Origin: Octopus sinensis
Lineage: Eukaryota
Length of the DNA: 64,000 bases
Assembly: GCF_006345805.1 (NCBI RefSeq)
Contig: NC_042998.1
Coordinates: 153,326,001 to 153,390,000, forward strand
Direction: 5' to 3'
The notes beneath the pieces were generated by a model. That model was not told where the DNA came from. It ran no database searches and saw only the letters and a program-made list of their open reading frames with translations. Shown in pieces: positions 13,712 to 27,038 of this stretch. Made by a program: the position numbers and the translations under genes. The first letter of the stretch is position 1. Each line of letters starts with the position of its first letter.

Positions 13712-13938
13712 TATATGTGTGTATAGGCAAAAGAGTGGATGTATGGTAAGAAACAATACAATAAGTACTAGGCTTACAAAGAATAAGCACTGGGGTCGAT
13801 TTGTCCAACTGAAACGTAGTGCTCCAGCCAAATGACTGAAACAAATGAAGAGCATATATATATCCACATATCCGAAGCCCATCGTAATGTGGGCTGCGAC
13901 TGATCATGTGGTGTTTCATGTTGGTATATCAACGGCAG

Positions 13939-14042
13939 TTAGCTGGAAAATACTACATAGTGAACAGGAAATCGGTCAGGTTGATGCCCCCCTCCAACAG
14001 CCTGACCGATTTCCTGTTCACCATGTGGTATTTTCCAACTAA
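13939..14042. repeat. 42-bp-stem hairpin
   Basis: 13939-13980 versus 14001-14042: 39/42 complementary, 20-nt loop. Confidence 0.85.
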
Positions 14043-14204
14043 GTGTTGTCACTGTTATACTAATACACCAACATCAAACCACAACACCACATAACCTTCC
14101 TCAACCAACCACAGCCCACCTTACGGAAATAACAACTCCTTTCATTCAAATTCAAAATGGCTGAACACTAGCATCACACTCGAAACTCATAGTACCAACA
14201 TATA

Positions 14205-15966
14205 TCATCATCATCATCATCATCATCGTTTAACGTCCGCTTTCCGCGCTAGCACGGGTTGGACGGTTTGACCGGGTCTGGGAAGCCAGGGGCCGCTCCA
14301 GGCTCCAGTCTGAATCTGGCAGAGTTTCTACGGCTGGATGCCCTTCCTAACGCCAACCACTCCGTGAGTGGATTGGGTGCTTTTTACGTGCCACCTGCAC
14401 AGGGGCCGGAGGGTCCGGCATCGTCACGATCGGTTCGAGCATTTTAACGTGTCAGCGGCACGGGGGCAACGAGGTCCGGGGTACTTTGGGGATCGGGGTA
14501 CTTTGGGGATCCGGGGTACTTTGGGGATCCGGGGTACTTAGAATGGGTAGGGGGTATGTGGAATTGCTGCAGAAAGCAGCCCGGGTCTTTGTAGTCACAG
14601 CATATCTCCAGAGATCTCGGTCCTTCGTCATTGCCTCAGTGAGGCCCAATGCTCTGAGGTCATGCTTGACCACCTCATCCCATGTCTTCCTGGGTCTACC
14701 TCTCCTCCTGATACCTTCAACTGTTTGGGAGTGGCACTTCTTCACACATCTCTCTTCATCCATCCGCAGCACATGACCATACCATCGCAAGCGTCGCTCT
14801 TGCACACCACATCTGATGCTTCTTATATCCAGCATTTCTCTCAGGATACTTACACTCTGTTTTGTGTGCACACTGACACTACACATCCAGCGGATCATGC
14901 TAGCTTCATTTCTTTCAAGTCTACGCATGTCTTCTGCAGTCACAGCCCATGTTTCATTACCGTGAAGCATGGCAGTTCGCACACATGCATCATACAGTCT
15001 ACCTTTTGCTCTGAGGGAGAGGCCTTTTGTTGCCAGTAGGGGTAGGAGCTTTCTGAACTTTGCCCAGGCTATTCGTATTCTAGTGGTGATACTCTCTGTG
15101 CATCCACCTCCGCTACTAACTTGGTCTCCCAGGTAGCGGAAACTATCAACTACTTCTAGTTTCTCTCCCTGGAGTGTGATGGAATCTGTTTTCTGAGTGT
15201 CTGTTGTGTCTATTGTCCCTGTGCATCTGCCGCACATGAAAGCTATCTTATCTGTTAATTTCCCTTTAATGTTGCTGCACCTCTTATGTGTCCATAACTT
15301 ACATTGGGTGCATCTTATGGAGTTTCTACCTGTACCTTTCCTACAGGTTGAGCAGGGCCATCTACCCGAGGGGATGTGTGTTGAGTACCTCTTGCTGCTT
15401 ACTAATACTTTGGTCTTTGCTACATTTATTCTAAGGCCCTTTGATTCCAACCCTTGCTTCCACACCCGAAATTTCTCTTCTAGTTCCGGTAGTGATTCTG
15501 CTATGAGAGCTAGGTCATCGGCATAGAGGAGCTCCCAGGGGCATCCCGTTTTGAATTCCTCTGTTATTGCCTGAAGGACTATGATGAATAAAAGGGGACT
15601 GAGGGCTGAGCCCTGGTGTACACCTACTTCTACTCGGAATTCTTCACTATATTCGTTGCCAATCCTAACCTTGCTAACAGCCTCTCTGTATAGAGCCTGT
15701 ACAGCCCTTATTAGCCATTCTTCAATCTCCAGTTTCCGCATCGACCACCAGATAAGGGAACGGGGAACCCTGTCAAAGGCTTTCTCCAAGTCTACAAAAG
15801 CTATGTAGAGGGGTTTATCTTTAGCTAGGTACTTCTCCTGCAGTTGTCGGACCAGGAATATAGCATCAGTGGTGCTTCTACCTGGTACAAAACCGAACTG
15901 CATTTCATCTAAACAAATTCTCTCCCTAATGAGATTGGTTATGACCTTCTCTGAGACCTTCATCTG
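14205..15966 (-). mobile_element. 5'-truncated RTE-clade LINE with open RT/C-terminal frame
   Basis: ORF 14452-16011 (QFGF, DLEKAFDRV, GVHQGSALSPLLF, YADD, RLRWYGHV). (CAT)n tail at 14205-14227. The 5' end abuts (TA)n. Confidence 0.95.
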
Positions 15967-16577
15967 ATATATATATATATACATACATACATACATAATA
16001 TATATAGACATATATATATATATAATAATATAAATAATATATATGTATACATATGCTTTCAGTGCGAATGGTTTTTATATGGTGCCAAGTTTACAATCCT
16101 GTAAATAATAATAATGGTATTTTTATATAAGATTAAAGCTTATGGCGATCACTATACAATGACTAAGGAAAATGGTCTAATAAGCCCCCCTCGACAGAAA
16201 AAAGAAGGCTTTTCTATCCGTCTGGGAGTCGATCCCACATTCCTTTGTTAACACGTGTGTTAGGTAACATGCTTAGTTGCGTCATATATATATATATGTA
16301 TATGTCTGTGTTTTTCTCTCCCACCATCACTTGACAACTGATGTTGGTGTTTTTACATGCCTGTAACTTAGCAGCTCAACAAAAGCGACTGATAGAATAA
16401 GTCCTGGAGTCAATTTGTTTGACTAAAGGCAGTGCTCCAGCATGGCCACAGTCAAATGACTAAAACAAAGAAAAGAATGTGTGTGTGCATATGGTGTGTT
16501 ACGAATTTATGGAAAGAAATCCCATAAAACTCAACAATTTTGTCAAAAATGGAGAAGAGGAGGTATTAAAATATATA

Positions 16578-17667
16578 ATGTGAGAATGGATGAAGATAGG
16601 TGTGTGAAAAAGTGCCACACCCTGGCAGTTGAGGGGGACCTGTGGAAGAGGTAGACCCAGGAAAACCTGGGTCGAGGTGGTGAAGCACGACCTTCAAACT
16701 CTAGGTCTCACCAAGGAAATGACCAGAGACCGAGACCTATGGAAGTATGCTGTGCGTGAGAAGACCCGGCAAGACCAGTGAGAACAATCAAAATCAAATC
16801 ATATATCAGAAAGCAGGGGTTAAGTGACCCATCCGATCGTGTCCGCTGTCAGCCTCGTCTGGCACCCGTGCCGGTGATACGTAAAAGCACCATTCGCTCG
16901 TGGCCGTTTGCAAGCTCTGCCTGGCCCCCGTGTCGGTGGCACATAAAAGCACCATCCGTTCGTGTTCGTTGCCAGCCTCGCCTGGCCCCGTGCCGGTGAC
17001 ACGTAAAAGCACCGTCCGTTCGTGGCCGTTTGCCAGCTCTGTCTGGCCCCGTGTTGGTGGCACGTAAAAGCACCATCCGTTCGTGTCCGTTGCCAGCCTC
17101 GGCTGGCCCCCGTGCCGGTGACACGTAAAAGCACCGTCCATTCGTGCCGGTGACACGTAAAAGCACCGTCCGTTCGTGCCGGTGATACGTAAAAGCACCG
17201 TCCGTTCGTGGCCATTTGCCAGCTCTGTCTGGCAACCGTGTCGGTGGCACGTAAAAGCACCATCTGTTTGCGTCCGTTGCCAGCCTCGGCTGGCCCCCGT
17301 GCCGGTGACACGTAAAAGCACCGTCCGTTCGTGGCCGTTTGCCAGCTCTGTCTGGCCCCGTGTCGGTGGCACGTAAAAGCACCATCCGTTCGTGTCCGTT
17401 GCCAGCATCGCCTGGCCCCGTGCCGGTGACACGTAAAAGCACCATCCGTTCGTCAGCTCTGTCTGGCACCTGTGCAGGTGGCACGTAAAAAACACCCACT
17501 ACACTCGCGGAGTGGTTGGCATTAGGAAGGGCATCCAGCCATAGAAACACTGCCAGATCTGACTGGGCCTGACGAAGCCTTCCAGCTTCACAGACCCCAG
17601 TTGACCCGTCCAACCCATGCTAGCATGGAAAGCGGACGCTAAATGATGATGATGATGATGATGATGA
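16578..17667 (+). mobile_element. RTE 3' fragment with expanded tandem array in the 3'UTR
   Basis: Matches the C-terminal coding end and 3'UTR of the 41216-43691 RTE. (GAT)n tail at 17643-17667. Confidence 0.9.
16830..17490 (+). repeat. GC-rich minisatellite (about 25-60 bp units) inside the RTE 3'UTR
   Basis: Recurrent GTGCCGGTGACACGTAAAAGCACCRTCCGTTCGTG units, more than 10 copies. Confidence 0.9.
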
Positions 17668-17688
17668 AGGGAATTTTAATACATGTGC

Positions 17689-17719
<31 letters not shown>

Positions 17720-17997
17720 TGCAATATATATATATATATATATAATATACATTCATATATATATATGCATATATATACATATATGCATATATATATACAA
17801 TATATATATATGCACATTTATTTGTATATATGTGTGCGCGTGTGTGTACATATGGTGTGTTGTGGATTTATGGAAAGAAATCACATAAAACTCAACAATT
17901 TTGTTACAAATGGAGAAGAGATAATGTTAAAATATGTAAGAAAATGTTAATATATGTGCATATATATACATTATATATATATAGTTATATATATATA

Positions 17998-18797
17998 TAC
18001 AAGCAGTATTGCCCGGCTCTTGCGTTCTATGCACGCGTGAATTAAGCTAAACTTGGATGAAGTTCAATCAAAATTCAATTATTTTGGTTTTAAAATCAAG
18101 CATTTAATGCCCTCTATTTTTGCACTTATGTCTTCCATTTCTTCAATAGGAAGTACGTAGAAGCGTTTCATAAATTTTTGTTGATCAAATAATTGCATTG
18201 TTGAATTATTCTTTTAGATCAGTATTTCTCAACGGGGATTTCAGGGAAGAGTTTCAGGGAGTCGCTGGCGATGTATCGTGATGATCAAAAATCCGGTCTG
18301 CTAAAATTTGGTTAAAGTGATTCAAACTGCAGACTCAATGGAAAATGATTACATTTAATTCAAAGCGTTAAAAATGTTATGAAAACAATTGGTATGTGTT
18401 CACAAAGTCCAAACGATCAATACGAAAAAACCCTCCATGCTACATCCCGAAAATTCATTTCTTTGCTGAATTTCTACAATGTTTACGGCGATTCGTTTTT
18501 ATATCTTGAATTTTTATTTTTCATGCAATTTATGCATGTTTGCATGCGTGGTGAACACAGTTCATGTCAAACAGGTGACTGAGTGAAGTTCACTATTCAA
18601 TGCATGGGATAAGGCCTAAACAAACACATTATTGATTTTTACACTTGCGAGATGAATTTTGGAACAGAAATAGCGCAGTTCAATTTTCATTCGCCTAAAC
18701 TTTAAGTGACCCATTTTTGGTGGTTCTATGATTTGTTGGCTAGGAGGAGATGTGCCAGGAAGTTAAAACACAAGTTGAGTTTTATATATATAGATAT
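17998..18797 (-). mobile_element. Non-autonomous Helitron-like element
   Basis: Minus strand begins ATCTATATATATAAAACTCAAC and ends GCAAGAGCCGGGCAATACTGCTTGT (GC hairpin plus CTAG-like end). Another minus-strand 3' end (CTAG plus CCCGGCGTTGCCC) starts at about 18802. Confidence 0.65.
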
Positions 18798-20109
18798 ATA
18801 TACTAGCAGAGATACCCGGCGTTGCCCGTTTTACATGCAATTGAAGAATTAGACTTTTCTGTTATATTTTCTGCAATGAACTGGAATATCTATGTTTCAA
18901 ATTTCATCAAAATTGCAAATGAGGGTTATTTCCCTCTTTACACACCCTAAAAAAATTGTAATCGTGCCACATGTATCCCATACTACTGTATTTTATGCGC
19001 ATATTCCAAAATTCCAGTTTTATTGAACCTGTTAAAAGGATTTTGCACCTGAAAAATGAAGGTCATGGAGCTCTAAAATGTGAGAGTTAAGGCCCCTGTT
19101 GCAGGTGGGCATCTTAATGTCAAGCAGAGAAGTTGAATTGTTGAGAATCTTTTTTAACTTGGGTCTTATATCTATTGTACAGGAAACCAAAAGACGAATG
19201 ATCACAATAAGCAGTCAGCTACCCTACCCTAGTCGTTACCACTCCCAATGTAGGATTCCTCACCATCCAGATGACAGGCACAGCCGTAAGATGCATTATG
19301 AATCTATAGCAATTGGAAGGGTGTGACCCAACTGAAATAAACATTAACTGTGTGACGTGAGGGCTAAGGAGAAATGAAAGTGTCACCTCTGGAGTTTGCA
19401 AATGACCACTATACTGATACGTAAGTGGACAGAATAAATTTACAATCTATAAATGTCTTTGAATAACCAGTCACTTATCTGGAGAGGCCTTGAAATCAAT
19501 GTTACCATCTGGGGACTATGTGTGACCCAGTGATAATAAAAAAGACTGAAAGGAGGTCTGCAATCAAATAACTTTACTCAACATTTTGCAATTGAATCAG
19601 TGGAGGCAAAGATGCCTCTCATTTACTTGACAATATATGCAGCACATTGCAGAAATCACAATGTAAGTGTATGTCAAAGCAAACTGTTACACTGTTGTAC
19701 CATTGAATTACAAATATTGCTCATCTTTTACGCTCGGGTAACCCTACAGCTTCCAAGAGTACAACTGTATTCGTATTTGCTTAGATAAAATAACAAAATT
19801 GTGGGTGTTAAGTCCCCATGGAGGCGTCTTTCTAACTTATAAGATGAAATTTTATAAATATTACTTCATTTCTGTCTAATATCTGTGGTTAAAATTTCAT
19901 AAATAGCAAAAGTATATGAATTGTCATTGGGGTTATGGCCCTTATGCATAGAATATAATTTCCAAATTTCATAAAGATCCATTCAGTACTTTTGACCTAG
20001 TTTTGGATCATAAAAGAAATTACTAAAATTTGGGAGTTAAGGCCACCATTAGGGTGTTATATATATATATATATATATATAGATAGATAGATAGATAGAC
20101 ATGGATATA

Positions 20110-20530
20110 GATACATACACACACACATACAAAGATAAATTGATAGATACAACTGAGTGGGCAAACAAAAATGAGACACAGCGTAGTGCTTTTTTTATTT
20201 TCATAAGCCTGGTACTTATTCTATCAGTTTCTTCTTGTGAAACCAGTAAGTTATGGGGATGTAAATAAACGAACACCAGTTGTGAAGCAGTGATGAGGGA
20301 GAAACACAAAGACACACACATAGACTTACATATATACATACAATTGATTTCTTTCAGTTTCTGTCTACAAAATTTACTGACAAGGCTTTGGTTGATCTGA
20401 GGCTATAGCAGAAGAGACATGCCAAGTTACCACACAGTGGGACTGCACTGAGGACCATGTGTTTTGGAACCAATTTTGTTGCCACACCTGCACCTATGTA
20501 TGTGTGTGGGGGTGGGGTGTATGTCTGTAT
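20110..20530 (-). mobile_element. Diverged tRNA-type SINE with flanks, paralogous to 34110-34550
   Basis: Reverse complement of the 59083-59546 SINE family. Shares private variants and flanks with the 34.1-kb copy. Confidence 0.75.
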
Positions 20531-20795
20531 AAATATCTATACATATACATATACATCTATATATATATACATGCATATATATATATATATATATACACAC
20601 ATCCATATACATACATGTATATATATATATATATATACACACATCCATATACATACATGTATATATATATATATATACATCTATATACATACATCTATAT
20701 GTATACATCTATATGTATACATCTATATATATACATCTATATATATACACATATATATATATATACATCTATATGTATACATCTATATGTATACA

Positions 20796-20834
<39 letters not shown>

Positions 20835-21252
20835 GCAAATTTAGATTTAAAATAATAAGGGTAAAAAATTGAATATTAATTTGATTAATATCAATTTAAA
20901 AGTAGTGGTGTAGCATATAAGACGATAGCGGATCTTCTTCTAGCAGAATGGATGTCCAGTTACAGTTCATCCCTGTTATATAATAGTTTCAGTATTAAAA
21001 TAAAAGTATCTGACATTACAATAGAGAGATGTTTTTCTTTCACTTTTGACACGTAATACTGAAATAGTAGAGAAGATAGATATTGCTGTGGGCTCGCCCT
21101 AGGGAAGAAGTTAAAAATTTTTGTGCCCATGACTCTCCATGGACCCTAAGTAAGGCATGTGTAAAATTTGAATGAAATTGGTTGTGTAGTTCTCGAGTTT
21201 TAGGGATTCACACAGACAGACAGACATTCTCAGTTTTGTGTATATATATATA

Positions 21253-21645
21253 TCTCTTCTCTCTCTATATAAACGGCAGTTTGTCTGTGCGTGTTTCTGT
21301 GTGTCTGTTTGCTTGTACCCTCACTCTGACCACGGCTTTCAACCGATTCTGATGAAACTTGACACACACATAGCCCAATGTCATAATTCAAATCTAACGC
21401 GGCGAAAATTTTGAAAAGTTCCCCCAGTTCTGAAAAAAATCGATAAATTCGACATGGGGTCGAGAATCAAAAAAAATAAACCACAGACTGTCTAGGGGAC
21501 GCAACTCAACCTTTTTTTACTCTCAAAAAAAAATTTACCATAATTTTTTTTCTATTTTTTTGCTATTTTTTGGCTATAACTCTCTAAAAATGCTTTATAG
21601 TTATTTCCCTTACAAACCTGAGCAACGCCGGGCGATACTGCTAGT
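21253..21645 (+). mobile_element. Non-autonomous Helitron-like element (a minus-strand 5' fragment lies at about 21020-21250, with a similar one at 43770-43998)
   Basis: Starts TCTATATAAACGGCAGTTTGTCTGTG and ends CCTGAGCAACGCCGGGCGATACTGCTAGT, the same 3' end as 46500-46529. Confidence 0.7.
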
Positions 21646-21649
21646 ATAA

Positions 21650-21694
<45 letters not shown>

Positions 21695-22409
21695 TCATCA
21701 TCATTTAACGTCTGTTTTACATGCTAGCATGGGTTGGGTGGTTTGACTGGGGATTGGCAAGCCAGGAGGCTGCACCAGGCTCCAATCTGATTTGGCAGTG
21801 TTTCTACAGCTGAATCCCATTCCTAGTGCCAACTACTCTGAGAGTGTAGTGGGTGCTTTTTAAATGCCACCAGCACAGGAGCCAGTCAGGCAGCACTGGC
21901 ATCAGCCAAGTTTGGTTTTATACTTTTTGAAATCTAGTTATAAGTATATATAATAAAATTTTTTTTAAAATTATATATATATAATATTTGTTATTTATGT
22001 ATTGGTTTATGTCTATCACTGTTCGAGTTGCATAATAGTAGTTTTATCTCTAATTCATATTTGATATATATATATATATGCATATATATAGAATATATAA
22101 ATAATACATAGAATTCAGGATAAAATCACATTAATGATTATATCAAGTGGCCAGCAGCAAACCTTGTAGGTAATTTATATACTAAATTAATAATTATATT
22201 AAAGGGATCAGGAGAAAGCTTTCTTGTACATGCTGAATGTAAATATCAAAGGCTCTAAAAAGCCATTGTATAACTCCTATAAAACCAGTGTTTTGTAGTA
22301 GTCATATAGAGGTCTTTTAGTGCCTTTGGCGTCTCTTTCAGCATGTAGGAGAAGATTTTTTTCCTTGCTCTCTTTAATATAATTATATATATAACATATA
22401 TATGAATGT

Positions 22410-22462
<53 letters not shown>

Positions 22463-22859
22463 TAAATACATATATATATATGTATACATAATCAAGGTGC
22501 AGAAAGTGCATACTCCGAATGAACAAGGTAATGTAATCCGATTGTAGAAAGAATTCTGCACATTAGGTACATGCATATATACAGATTTATATATATATAT
22601 ATCATCATATAATATCTGTTGTCCATGCTGGCATAAGTTGGATGGTCTGACCAGGGCTGGCAAGCTCAAAGACTGCATCAGATTCCATATATATATATAG
22701 ATATATCTTTTAAATTCTTTTATGGTAATGTTAAGGATATGCAAATAAGGCTCCTATTTCATTATGTTGGCTAGTGTTTGATGATACTAATGGGTCAGTT
22801 TTTCAGGGTTGCTGCATGGTTATACTGATATAATGTAGAATAAATATAATAATAACAAT

Positions 22860-23710
22860 AATTCTAGGATGGAATTTATGAATATCTAATGCATCGTTAC
22901 GCGCGTTTCCACAAATGATACGACTTTAATATCAAAGTCTGTATCCTTGGGATGATTACAGTATAGATTGTAGTATCTGTGGGCATCCAGTTGATCATCA
23001 TCATTGATTCATTTCATCAGGCAATACTAAATATGTTGCATATGCCTTGAAGAAATCCTGGAAATAATCACACCCAGGGAAAATGTGATAGACAGTGAGA
23101 TGATCATATCATGTAAACATAAGAACAAGATATTATCATGGAATTTGAAAAAATATTTTGAAACAAAGTAACAAATTATAGAACAGATAAGGAACCTAAA
23201 CAAATAAATGAACATACCAATGTTTAAGATGATGCACACTATAACAACAGAAACAGTGAAAAAGTCACCATAAGAGGGTAGTATTAATCAATTCAGTCAA
23301 CAAACCCCATTGTGCAGCAGCTGTTGGGTTCAGAATTTACTGAGGAAAGTCACATCTTCAATGAAATAGTACAAAGAAATGTACTACTATTTGCTGAATG
23401 AATGACTATCCTTAAAATCTGCAGAATGAATAGAAAATAAATCCAACACCACCACACCCACACCTCCATCTCCATATTACTACCATTCCTTCCTCTACAC
23501 CCATCATCAACCTCCCCCTACCAAGTACACACAGAGATTGGCCTTCATACTGACAAGAAGGGATAAACATCCCACTCTGATTCATTTCATGAGGCGATAC
23601 TATATGAATTTCTGATTCATGTAGTATCGCCTCATGATACTGTAATCATCCCAAGGATACAGACTTTGATGTTAAAGTCATGTGATTTGTGGAATTCCTA
23701 GAATTATTGT
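22860..23710. mobile_element. Penelope-like relic with inverted terminal segments and a degenerate hammerhead
   Basis: 22905-22965 is inverted relative to 23636-23695. Minus strand GAAAC-GCGC-GUA at 22909-22898. 22-bp hairpin at 23588-23636. Confidence 0.5.
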
Positions 23711-23747
23711 TACTATATATATATAATATATATATTATATATATATG

Positions 23748-24520
23748 TGCAGGAGTGGCTGTGTGGTAAGTGGCTTGTTTACCAACCACATGGTTCCGGG
23801 TTCAGTCCCACTGCGTGGCATCTTGGGCAAGTATCTTCTGCTATAGCCCCGGGCCGACCAATGCCCGTGAGTGGATTTTGGCAGACGGAAACTGAAAGAA
23901 GCCTGTCGTATATATGTATATATATATGTATGTGTATATGTTTGTGTCTGTGTTTGTCCCCCTAGCATTGCTTGACAACTGATGCTGGTGTGTTTACGTT
24001 CCCGTCACTTAGCGGTTCGGCAAGAGACCGATACTGGGCTTACAAAGAATAAGTCCCGGGGTCGATTTGCTCGACTAAAGGCGGTGCTCCAGCATGGCCG
24101 CAGTCAAATGACTGAAACAAGTAAAAGAGTAATAGGAGTGGCTGTGTGGTAAGTAGCTTGCTAACCAACCACATGGTTCCGGGTTCAGTCCCACTGCGTG
24201 GCATCTTGGGCAAGTGTCTTCTGCTATAGCCCCGGGCCAACCAATGCCTTGTGAGTGGATTTGGCAGACGGAAACTGAAAGAAGCCTGTCATATATATGT
24301 ATGTGTGTGTTTGTGTATCTATGTTTGTCCCCCTAGCATTGCTTGACAACCGATGCTGGTGTGTTTACGTCCCCGTCACTTAGTGGTTCGGCAAAAAGAG
24401 ACCGATAGAATAAGTACTGGGCTTACAAAGAATAAGTCCCGGGGTCGATTTACTCGACTAAAGGCGGTGCTCCAGCATGGCCTCAGTCAAATGACTGAAA
24501 CAAGTAAAAGAGTAAAGAGT
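23748..24520 (+). mobile_element. Head-to-tail pair of tRNA-type SINEs
   Basis: Two copies of GGAGTGGCTGTGTGGTAAG...GGGTTCAGTCCCAC...GACTGAAACAAGTAAAAGAGT at about 23748-24133 and 24134-24520. A/B-box-like head. Confidence 0.85.
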
Positions 24521-24547
24521 AAAAGTACATATATATATATATGTATG

Positions 24548-24578
<31 letters not shown>

Positions 24579-26235
24579 TTTTATTTAGAGCTGCATATTA
24601 CTCTACCTTTGGTATTTGAGTACTATTTTTTCCACCTTGTTTTGCATTTATGCACTTACTTGTGAGTGTGTATCAAAATCATCATGATCATCATTTAAAC
24701 ATCCACGTATCCTTGCTTGCATGTTTATTGAGGCAGAATTTTTACAATCAGATGTCTTTCCTATCGCAAACCTTTACCTGTTTCCAAGTAAGGTAATATT
24801 TCCCCACAGCCAAACGTGTTTCCATAGAATACTGGAAATGGATGACACTGTTTCTATGACAGTGACACTTGTTTACAACTACAATATGATGTCTAGACAA
24901 GAACACAAACATATACACACTCACACATCTCAAGCTATAGATACATATATGATGGGATGCTTTCATTTTCTGTCAATCAAATCCACCCACAAAGCTGTGG
25001 TTGGCCTGGGGCTACAGTAGAAGACACTTGCCCAAGATGTCATTGCAGTGCGAGTGAACCCGAAACCATGTGGTTGGGAAGCATAGAGCCACATACACAT
25101 ACAAATGCACACCCCTATATGCATATACATATAAAAACAAAACAAAATAATGAGTATTACAATTACAGCTGAGTATTCTAAGCCAGAATTACCAGGACAC
25201 ACTGACAGATACAGCCCATACAACCAAATTTTATTCACATGACTTGGGCCAACCCAAGCATATGGTAAAAGTGGCAGAGCACTGAGATTAAACCCAGGAC
25301 GTAGTGATAGAGAAGCAAAGTTCTTACCCATTTGGCCACCCACACACATCTGTGTAACTTTCATTACAACACTAATGGATCTTAATAAATCTAAATGGAA
25401 ACAGTAACAGACAGCTAAGTTGGCCGTGTTAAGGTGTTGGACAATTAGCAATTCATATATCAGCAGCATTGCATTGCATATATATAATATTTCTTTATAT
25501 ATAACCATAGCTCGGTCCACTTCGCTGTAAACTGTATACCACAGGTAATTATAACTCCTGGCTTAAAGCAACAGAAATGCTGTATAAGTGCTTCTAATTT
25601 AGGCATAAGGCCAGCAATTTTAGGGTAAAAGAGTTAAGTCAGTTATATCAACCCCTGGTACTTCACTGGTACTTATTTCCTGGATAGATGAAAGACAAAG
25701 TTGACCTCTGTGACCCTAAGTTGACCCAGGACATAAAGAACCAGAAGAAATACCACAAGGCATTTTGTTCCATGATTCTGCTAAATGACAGCCAATGGCA
25801 TGCTGTGAAATATTTCCTTAGTATGTAGTGCAGAGTTCAAATCAGAGCAAAAGTATAACCTATAGAACACAGGTTTCTTAAGTGGGTATCAGTGGTTTTT
25901 AAGTGGGGAGTGGGGTTAATGAAGGTGTTGCTGGGTCGTTACGGTTGTTGAATTTATTGTTATAAATAGCAATAGCATTGTCAGATACACCCTCCTGGGT
26001 AATGTCATAGGGTTGAAGGTGAGACGGGTGACAGGGGGTTACAATGGATGAGATTTATGTTTCAGAATTCCTTGTGCAAAGGACTGGGTTCTGTTAATGT
26101 TACCTCGCTTAAATACATCACATGGAAATGAAGCTTTTAGTGATGTATAAATGACTCAACATCACAATCTTAGTTGCTTTGCCTTGTATAGGATCTAGAA
26201 ACTGAGTCTTAAAGGAAGTGTCATGTATTTTTCAG

Positions 26236-27015
26236 TTAGTTTGATTTCATTTTGTTTTCTAAGGTAGGATTTATAATTACGAGTTCAGAACCTTCGATTT
26301 TGACCTCTTCGTAAAGCCAGGGTCGTTCACAGCGACATTCCGTACCGCATTTCTCCGAGCCACATTTCAGGCAAGGGAAGTGACAGCCGGGACAATCCAT
26401 ATCCAAACAGTCACACATATCTATACCCGTAGATATCAAACATCCGGACTCATCGTACATTTGCCACTCATTGCACTTCTTCCGTTTCCTTTTCTTTTTT
26501 TTAGTCGCTTTGAAGCGAGCAGAGGATTTCATGGTGGGAATAGCTTTAGTTCTTGTCACAGCTTTAGAAGACGTTGTCACTGAACGACCATTTCTCCCAC
26601 CCGATCTAGTAGTTACCGCCAGAGCGTTCTCGTTTTTCATAGTTTCATTTGCCCTCGTTACCGAACTACCATCAGTACTGTTCTTATCGAGGGTTTTCTC
26701 GTCAGAAGAACAAGTTTTATTGTTTATCGAAGGAGGTCGTCGTTTTTTCCGGTCATATTTTTCTGTTAGATTAACATCCTTCACATCTGTCGTCTTGAAC
26801 CCTTCATTTACCTCTTTCTTCCCGCCATCAACACCTTCATTTATGTTGGTGTCTTGTCGATACTGGCGCCGTGAAGCCCTAGTAACCATCATTTTCCTTC
26901 GGGAATTATCACCTCCCCCATCACCACTTTCATCATCATCATCATCACCACCAGACTCACTTTGTAATTCTTTGCCGTCTTTTTTTTCCGAACTCGTATC
27001 TGCCGCTTTCATCAT
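26236..27015 (-). CDS. ARL14EP: ARL14 effector protein-like (C-terminal ARF7EP_C Cys-rich domain), 259 aa, single coding exon
   Basis: C-terminus YDESGCLISTGIDMCDCLDMDCPGCHFPCLKCGSEKCGTECRCERPWLYEEVKIEG matches the ARL14EP/C11orf46 pattern. Intact ORF with in-frame stops just upstream of the ATG. Basic NLS-like KKKKRKRKK. Confidence 0.88.
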   Translation of the reverse strand: MMKAADTSSEKKDGKELQSESGGDDDDDESGDGGGDNSRRKMMVTRASRRQYRQDTNINEGVDGGKKEVNEGFKTTDVKDVNLTEKYDRKKRRPPSINNKTCSSDEKTLDKNSTDGSSVTRANETMKNENALAVTTRSGGRNGRSVTTSSKAVTRTKAIPTMKSSARFKATKKKKRKRKKCNEWQMYDESGCLISTGIDMCDCLDMDCPGCHFPCLKCGSEKCGTECRCERPWLYEEVKIEGSELVIINPTLENKMKSN

Positions 27016-27038
27016 CTTTCTTGCAAACTGTTTTTATT

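Noticed and set aside
16830-17490. CRISPR-like appearance of the repeat array (also the roughly 20-nt periodic tract at 45520-45640)
   Set aside because: No unique spacers, no cas genes, eukaryotic context.
16778-17613. Overlapping 160-250 aa repetitive ORFs
   Set aside because: By-products of the stop-poor RTE 3'UTR minisatellite.
19600-19790. Possible Helitron helicase C-terminal remnant (TLQKSQ)
   Set aside because: Too short and decayed to support by eye.
13471-22744. Many ORFs rich in YIYIYI / IYIYIY
   Set aside because: They are translations of (TA)n and (TATG)n microsatellites, not genes.
23748-23830. tRNA gene
   Set aside because: tRNA-derived SINE head with no complete cloverleaf.
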